Assembly (NCBI GenBank): GCA_046318755.1
Contig: JBKCTR010000474.1
Location: 1 to 40,927, forward strand
DNA length: 40,927 nucleotides
Direction of reading: 5' to 3'
DNA from: Planctomycetaceae bacterium
Lineage (GTDB): Bacteria > Planctomycetota > Planctomycetia > Planctomycetales > Planctomycetaceae
The notes under the pieces were generated by a model. It was not told the origin of the DNA. It searched no databases and saw only the letters and a program-made list of their open reading frames with translations. Below, piece after piece: positions 36,962-40,927 of the stretch (position 1 is the stretch's first letter; each line of letters opens with the position of its first letter). Both the position numbers and the translations under genes were made by a program.

Positions 36962-38380
36962 TTAGACGAGCTGTGAACCCACTTTGGCGAACAGGCTGCT
37001 CAGCCACGTGTTGCGAAACACGCCTTGAGAATCTCTCGACACACAGGCGGTGCGGAAGTCTTCGAACTGGGGATAAAGTGAGATGAGTGTTTCGGCCGAC
37101 AGTGGGCACCACTTACCCCAATGCGGTCTCGCGCCAAACTGAGCGGCCATCGTTTCGGCCAGAAATCTGGCCACCTGCTGAAATCCATCCCGGTCCACAG
37201 GTCGCGCATAGCTGATCAGGCTGATGGCATACCATGCCCCTTCATCGCCCGCCGTCATCGAAATCAGGGTGTCGTCGGCCAGGACGCGTCGGATGCAGAT
37301 CGGGTAATGATGGCAGTATCGCCCCCGGATTGAACGGAACTGGTCTGGACCCTGCGACCCGGAACTCGAGGTTTCGGGTACATCAGCTGCGGTTGCCAAG
37401 ACGCGACGGACGTAGTCAAGAGCTTCAGGGAGATGTTGACTCCGCACGAACAATTCAATTTCGATATGACGAAACAGTTCGTGCTCCATGACGAGCATCG
37501 CCGATGATTCATCCGTCACTCTCCAACCGCGGATGACCGTCCGCGGAATGATGTGACGATAGAGGAACTGCACGAATCGCCAACTCGCCGCCAGGCGAAC
37601 GGTAAAGAGCACGAGCAAGTGAAGGCCAACGTCGATGAACAGAAACCAGTACGCTCGATAGAGCCACGCAAGAGCCGAGCGGGGCAGTACGTTTTCCCGA
37701 CGATGCTGAGCCATGAAGGTCCATCGCCAGGGAACCAGAAAAAACTGCTGCAGCGGGAACTCTCGCTCCGCAGCCAGCACCGGGTCGAGTGTGCGATACT
37801 CTTGCCAGTGTTCTTCAATCGAGTACTGACGGCGGCAGCGAACGCGCAAACTGAGGATGACCCCAAGTCCACCCAGGGAACAACGCGCTGCTTGCAATGC
37901 GTCGCCCCCTTCAATCTGCTCGATAATCGACATCCCGGTCGCCTCGTCATAGCGTGCCAGACGAACTACATCGACGTAGTGTGACAAGCTATGTCGTCCG
38001 GAACCATGGGTTCCCGTCGAAATCGCTCCCGCAATCGTCTGTTCCGTGATCAGCCCAACGGAGGGGAGCGTTTGACCGTGTCGTTTCAGGTGGGCCAGCA
38101 GGGCCTTGATCTGGCACCCAGCCCCAACGGTCACCCAGCCAGCGTCATGGTCACACTGCACTTCGACCTGATTCAAGTGCCGCAGATTGATCACGACCCC
38201 ATCGCTGACGGGTGCAGAACTCCAGGAATGCAGACTGCCGATCGCTCGAATCTTCTCTCCGCGATGTCGGTCCAGGATTTCCAGAACCTCGCTCTCCATC
38301 CGAGGCTCATAGTAAGCCGACGGACGCAGATCGAGGTTGCGTCCGAAGTTCTGAAGATGTTTCCCGTGGCTCACGAGCAA
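36962..38380 (-). CDS. FAD-linked oxidase of the D-arabinono-1,4-lactone / L-gulonolactone oxidase (ALO) family
   Basis: 472-aa ORF. FAD_binding_4-type N-half (IRAIGSLHSWS, GLITEQTIAGAISTGTHGSG, GGLGVILSLRV) and ALO-type C-half (FGARPHWGKW). TTG start at 38380 is preceded by GAGGTGA, with 4 nt between the SD and the TTG. G+C is visibly lower than in neighbouring genes. Confidence 0.85.
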   Translation of the reverse strand: MLVSHGKHLQNFGRNLDLRPSAYYEPRMESEVLEILDRHRGEKIRAIGSLHSWSSAPVSDGVVINLRHLNQVEVQCDHDAGWVTVGAGCQIKALLAHLKRHGQTLPSVGLITEQTIAGAISTGTHGSGRHSLSHYVDVVRLARYDEATGMSIIEQIEGGDALQAARCSLGGLGVILSLRVRCRRQYSIEEHWQEYRTLDPVLAAEREFPLQQFFLVPWRWTFMAQHRRENVLPRSALAWLYRAYWFLFIDVGLHLLVLFTVRLAASWRFVQFLYRHIIPRTVIRGWRVTDESSAMLVMEHELFRHIEIELFVRSQHLPEALDYVRRVLATAADVPETSSSGSQGPDQFRSIRGRYCHHYPICIRRVLADDTLISMTAGDEGAWYAISLISYARPVDRDGFQQVARFLAETMAAQFGARPHWGKWCPLSAETLISLYPQFEDFRTACVSRDSQGVFRNTWLSSLFAKVGSQLV

Positions 38381-38608
38381 AGTATCACCTCACAGTTCCG
38401 AGGTTGCCGCATTGATGGCCGAGAACCAACCACCTCGATGCTAACACACTAACACAGATTGCCTTACCGATATTCAGCGTAAACCTGGAAATGATCGTGT
38501 AAAACGGACCCACCTGAGCGCCGAAATCAGACCCACCCGGGTGAGGGGGTGGAAGGTGCCGGGGGGAGGTCGGCACACGGGGGTCATTCAGGAGGTTGAA
38601 GAACAAAA

Positions 38609-38622
38609 AGGAGGGGCCACCC
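38609..38622. repeat. AGGAGGGGCCACCC, right arm of the 14-nt perfect inverted repeat bracketing the oxidase gene
   Basis: Exact reverse complement of 36905-36918. Confidence 0.85.
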
Positions 38623-38692
38623 TGTGTTTAATCGTCTCAAAAGATCGTCACAACCCGTTGCTGGATAATTGCTTACGTTGGTTTTGTGGCAT

Positions 38693-38744
38693 GTGTACGC
38701 ATTTTTGAGTGTACACTAGACAGTCAATAATATCGTGTGTACAC
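38693..38744 (+). promoter_or_regulatory. Candidate promoter TTGAGT-N17-TAATAT overlapped by GTGTACAC palindromes (putative operators) upstream of the RAYT-like gene
   Basis: TTGAGT at 38705-38710, a 17-nt spacer, TAATAT at 38728-38733. Perfect 8-nt palindromes GTGTACAC at 38709-38716 and 38737-38744, and a variant GTGTACGC at 38693-38700. This is the most AT-rich stretch I saw in the window. Confidence 0.4.
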
Positions 38745-38826
38745 AGTATTCACCAGAACCGGTTTGGCCAACGCTTGGTTCTCGCGCCCCGTTCCCTTTC
38801 CGCTTTCATTCCGCCCTGGGTGGTCC

Positions 38827-40167
38827 ATGTCGCGATTGCCGCGCCAGTTCTTGTTCGATCCGCTGGAGGTGGGGGTATATCACTGCATCAACCGCTGTGT
38901 CCGCCGGTCGTTCCTGTGCGGCTGGGATCCGTACACCCAGCGGTCGTATGAACATCGCAAGGTCTGGCTGCAGCAGCGTCTGATGTTCCTCGCCTCGGTC
39001 ATGGCCATAGATATCGAAGGGTTCTGCATTATGGCCAATCATCTGCACCTCATCGTCCGCAATCGACCCGATGTGGCCGGGCAGTGGTCTCCCGAGCAGA
39101 TCGCGCGGAAGTGGTTGCAGTTATGTCCGCCTTACAAGCCCGGCACCCGCGAGGTGGCCGAGAGTCCCTCGCAGGCGGACCTGGACGCCATTCTCAACAA
39201 TCCCACCCGGGTGGAACAGTTGCGTCTGTGGCTGTCGAATCCCTCGTGGCTGATGCGGTTTTTGACCGAGAAACTCGCCCGCGTCGCCAACCGGGAAGAA
39301 CGGACCACGGGCCGTTTTTGGGAAGGACGCTTCAAGATGCAGCGGCTGCTGGATGAATGGGCGGTCGCCGCGTGCCTGGTGTATGTCGATCTGAACCCGA
39401 TCCGGGCCGGCCTCACCAACACGCTGTCGCACAGCGAGCACACCGCGGTGTTCGAGCGCTTGGCCGGGGTGGTGCACTTCTTCGCGACCACCCTCTCGGC
39501 CCAGCAGCGGCAAGAGTATGGCCTGGAGGCAGAGGACCCCGCCTGTTCGCCCGAGCCAGCAACCGACCAGGCCGGGGGAGAAGAGCCGCCCGGAATCATC
39601 GAGGCCACCGGTTCCCAAGCGGTCGAGACCACACCCACCGGATCTCAGACAGCCCCGCCGGCCGGGTCCAAGGGACCGCCCCACTCGAAACCAGCCGATC
39701 GCAGCGCTTGGTCTCGCCTGCCGTCCGACCTGGTGAACCAGGCCTCGCGCGAAGCAGCGTTCGAGGGGCCGGCGACGTGGCTGGCTCCTCTGGAGATCAC
39801 CGAGCCGGCGTTGCAGCAGGCGGTCCCCGGCACCCGGGCGTCAAACCTGGGGTGCCTGAACATGACCTGCGCCCAGTACCTCGAACTGTTGGAGTGGACC
39901 GGACGGCAAGTCAAGGCGGGGAAAGTCGGGCGACTGCCAGCCGACGAACCCCCGATTCTGCAGCAACTGGGGGTCAAGGGAGAGGGCTGGCTGAAACTGG
40001 TGGCGAGCTTCCACACCAAACGCGGGGGACTGCGGCGAGCGATCGGACGACCCGCCGCTTTGGAGGCCGAGGCGGCCAAGCGCGGGCAACGCTGGATCCA
40101 GGGCATCGCCCTCAGCCGGGAAATCTTTGGCAAGACATCGGGCGATGGCCCACCTGAGACGAATTGA
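38827..40167 (+). CDS. RAYT-like HUH/Y1 protein (IS200-like transposase fold, COG1943 type) with a long Pro/Ala/Gly-rich linker and a C-terminal extension
   Basis: Start at ATG 38827 (MSRLPRQFLFDPLEVGVYHCINRCVRRSFL). HUH motif FCIMANHLHLIV, then GRFWEGRFK, then the catalytic-Tyr block ACLVYVDLNPIRAGL. Order and spacing match REP-associated tyrosine transposases. At 446 aa it is much larger than classical ~150-aa RAYTs. Confidence 0.8.
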   Translation: MSRLPRQFLFDPLEVGVYHCINRCVRRSFLCGWDPYTQRSYEHRKVWLQQRLMFLASVMAIDIEGFCIMANHLHLIVRNRPDVAGQWSPEQIARKWLQLCPPYKPGTREVAESPSQADLDAILNNPTRVEQLRLWLSNPSWLMRFLTEKLARVANREERTTGRFWEGRFKMQRLLDEWAVAACLVYVDLNPIRAGLTNTLSHSEHTAVFERLAGVVHFFATTLSAQQRQEYGLEAEDPACSPEPATDQAGGEEPPGIIEATGSQAVETTPTGSQTAPPAGSKGPPHSKPADRSAWSRLPSDLVNQASREAAFEGPATWLAPLEITEPALQQAVPGTRASNLGCLNMTCAQYLELLEWTGRQVKAGKVGRLPADEPPILQQLGVKGEGWLKLVASFHTKRGGLRRAIGRPAALEAEAAKRGQRWIQGIALSREIFGKTSGDGPPETN

Positions 40168-40257
40168 CGGGATGCGCCGGGCGAGGGGCCGTCATCCGAG
40201 ATCGCGAATCGGGCTCGGCTGGGGAGACGCTGCGCGACGAATATTGAACACCCGCCT

Positions 40258-40566
40258 GCATCAGGCGTTTTAGCGGGCAATTGCCGAATCGAAATGAGGC
40301 GCATCCAGACGCCAGCCAGCGACGACGGTAGAACTGGGGTGGAATCCGCGAGTGTGCCGAATCAACTTGAGCGGCCTGACAAACAAAGGGTGGCCCCGTG
40401 CTCCCAGTGCTCCCCCCAGCATCAGGCGTTTTAGCGGGCACTGGCCGAATCGAAATGTGTCGCTTCCAGGCGCCAGCCAGTGACGACGGGAGACCTGGGG
40501 GGGACTTCGCGAGTGTGCCGACTCAACTTGAGCGGCCTGACACACCATGGCTGGCCCCGTGCTCCC
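40258..40566. repeat. Two tandem 148-nt units (period 161 nt, about 88% identical) starting 90 nt after the RAYT-like stop
   Basis: Unit A is 40258-40405 and unit B is 40419-40566. Both begin gcatcaggcgttttagcgggca and end ..gcgagtgtgccga(a/c)tcaacttgagcggcctgac...tggccccgtgctccc. Confidence 0.9.
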
Positions 40567-40743
40567 AAAGAATGGCCCCGTGCTCCCACCAACAAAGGAT
40601 GGCCCCGTGCTCCGTAAAACAAAGGATGGCCCCGTGCTCCCCGCCCGTGCTCCCGTGGCCCCGTGCTCCCGTGCTCCAAGGGTGGCCCCGTGCTCCCGCA
40701 CGTGCTCCCGGAGAGTGCTCCCGCACACTACAACCGGGAGCAC
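40552..40743. repeat. Array of TGGCCCCGTGCTCC repeats (six copies here and one at 40391; spacing mostly 27 nt) with extra GTGCTCCC half-sites and a terminal 8-bp hairpin
   Basis: Copies start at 40552, 40573, 40600, 40627, 40656 and 40683. Half-sites gtgctccc are scattered through 40647-40722. gtgctccc (40715-40722) pairs with gggagcac (40736-40743) across a 13-nt loop. Confidence 0.85.
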
Positions 40744-40800
40744 CGCCGAGGCGGCTTGCAGCCGGGTGCGCGATTCCCCCCCCGACGCCGCAGGCACCGC

Positions 40801-40927
40801 CTACAGTTTCGCGAGGTAATTGATGCTCTGCCGGATGCTGGCGAGGGGGTCGGGCGACTGGTCCTGCTCGACGTGGCAGTGTTCCACCCCGGCGGCCTTG
40901 GCCGCCTCCAGAATCGGTTCCCACGAG
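40801..40927 (-). CDS. C-terminal 41 aa of a sugar phosphate isomerase/epimerase (xylose isomerase-like TIM barrel); the 5' end lies beyond the window
   Basis: Absent from the ORF track. Hand translation gives ...SWEPILEAAKAAGVEHCHVEQDQSPDPLASIRQSINYLAKL* with stop TAG at 40803-40801. The VEQD...DPL.S...S..YL ending is typical of this family. Confidence 0.55.
   Translation of the reverse strand, partial: SWEPILEAAKAAGVEHCHVEQDQSPDPLASIRQSINYLAKL

Noticed and set aside
36487-37086. Plus-strand 199-aa ORF and minus-strand 105-aa ORF (36586-36903) spanning the repeat-rich spacer
   Set aside because: Their sequences are dominated by translated repeats (VPQSPTPPGMTFG twice; LDGPG repeats) with no family resemblance. 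The 105-aa ORF does have an AGGAGG-N9-TTG context, which is noted under findings, but I do not call it a gene.
36705-38622. Integron-type gene cassette (oxidase flanked by attC-like imperfect palindromes, GTTGAC/GTTGAAAC near 36790-36810)
   Set aside because: There is no integron integrase and no recognisable R''/L''-L'/R' attC architecture. Only a single cassette-like unit is present.
40391-40696. Possible CRISPR array (regularly spaced repeats)
   Set aside because: The repeats are only 14 nt with 7-15 nt spacers, far below CRISPR dimensions. The spacers are themselves partly repeat-derived. No cas genes are in the window.
40112-40797. Minus-strand ORFs across the 148-nt units and the microarray (repeated STGP / EHGA / QAAQVxSAHSR peptides)
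   Set aside because: The peptide repeats are a by-product of the DNA repeats. Two frames are open across the units. Differences between the units are mostly non-synonymous (10 of 42 codons), which argues against a conserved peptide.

Overview
High-GC bacterial chromosome segment with a Planctomycetota signature: two DUF1501 genes, a DUF1549/DUF1553 gene, giant exported beta-propeller/WD40 proteins, a Ser/Thr kinase and a 2351-aa subtilase-RTX protein. I support 16 protein-coding genes, two of them cut by the window edges and absent from the ORF track. In order they are: DUF1501 (partial), a 1725-aa PQQ-like propeller protein, nrdR, a ROK-family kinase, a DUF1549/DUF1553 protein, an exported WD40+PPC protein, an exported triple-propeller WD40 protein, a membrane Ser/Thr kinase, rsmB, gyrA, a second DUF1501, the S8-RTX giant, an orphan ABC/SMC-like ATPase, an ALO-family FAD oxidase, a RAYT-like HUH (IS200-like Y1) protein, and the C-terminus of a sugar-phosphate isomerase/epimerase. 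I saw no rRNA, tRNA, CRISPR array or cas gene. Most of the very long ORFs in the six-frame track are antisense shadows typical of high-GC DNA. Positions 1-34.7 kb look like ordinary planctomycete chromosome. The accessory-looking part is 34.7-40.8 kb. There the non-coding DNA holds several families of short and medium repeats: 14-nt tandem iterons, a duplicated 77-nt element, a duplicated 148-nt element, arrays with 26-27 nt period sharing an ATGGCCCCG core in opposite orientation, and a perfect 14-nt inverted repeat. These repeats surround the lower-GC oxidase gene and the RAYT-like gene. My best candidate for something undescribed is a REP/BIME-like repeat system, or a structured ncRNA or DNA element, tied to the RAYT-like gene. 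This is a hypothesis drawn from sequence patterns only and needs genome-wide repeat counts and homology searches that I cannot run.
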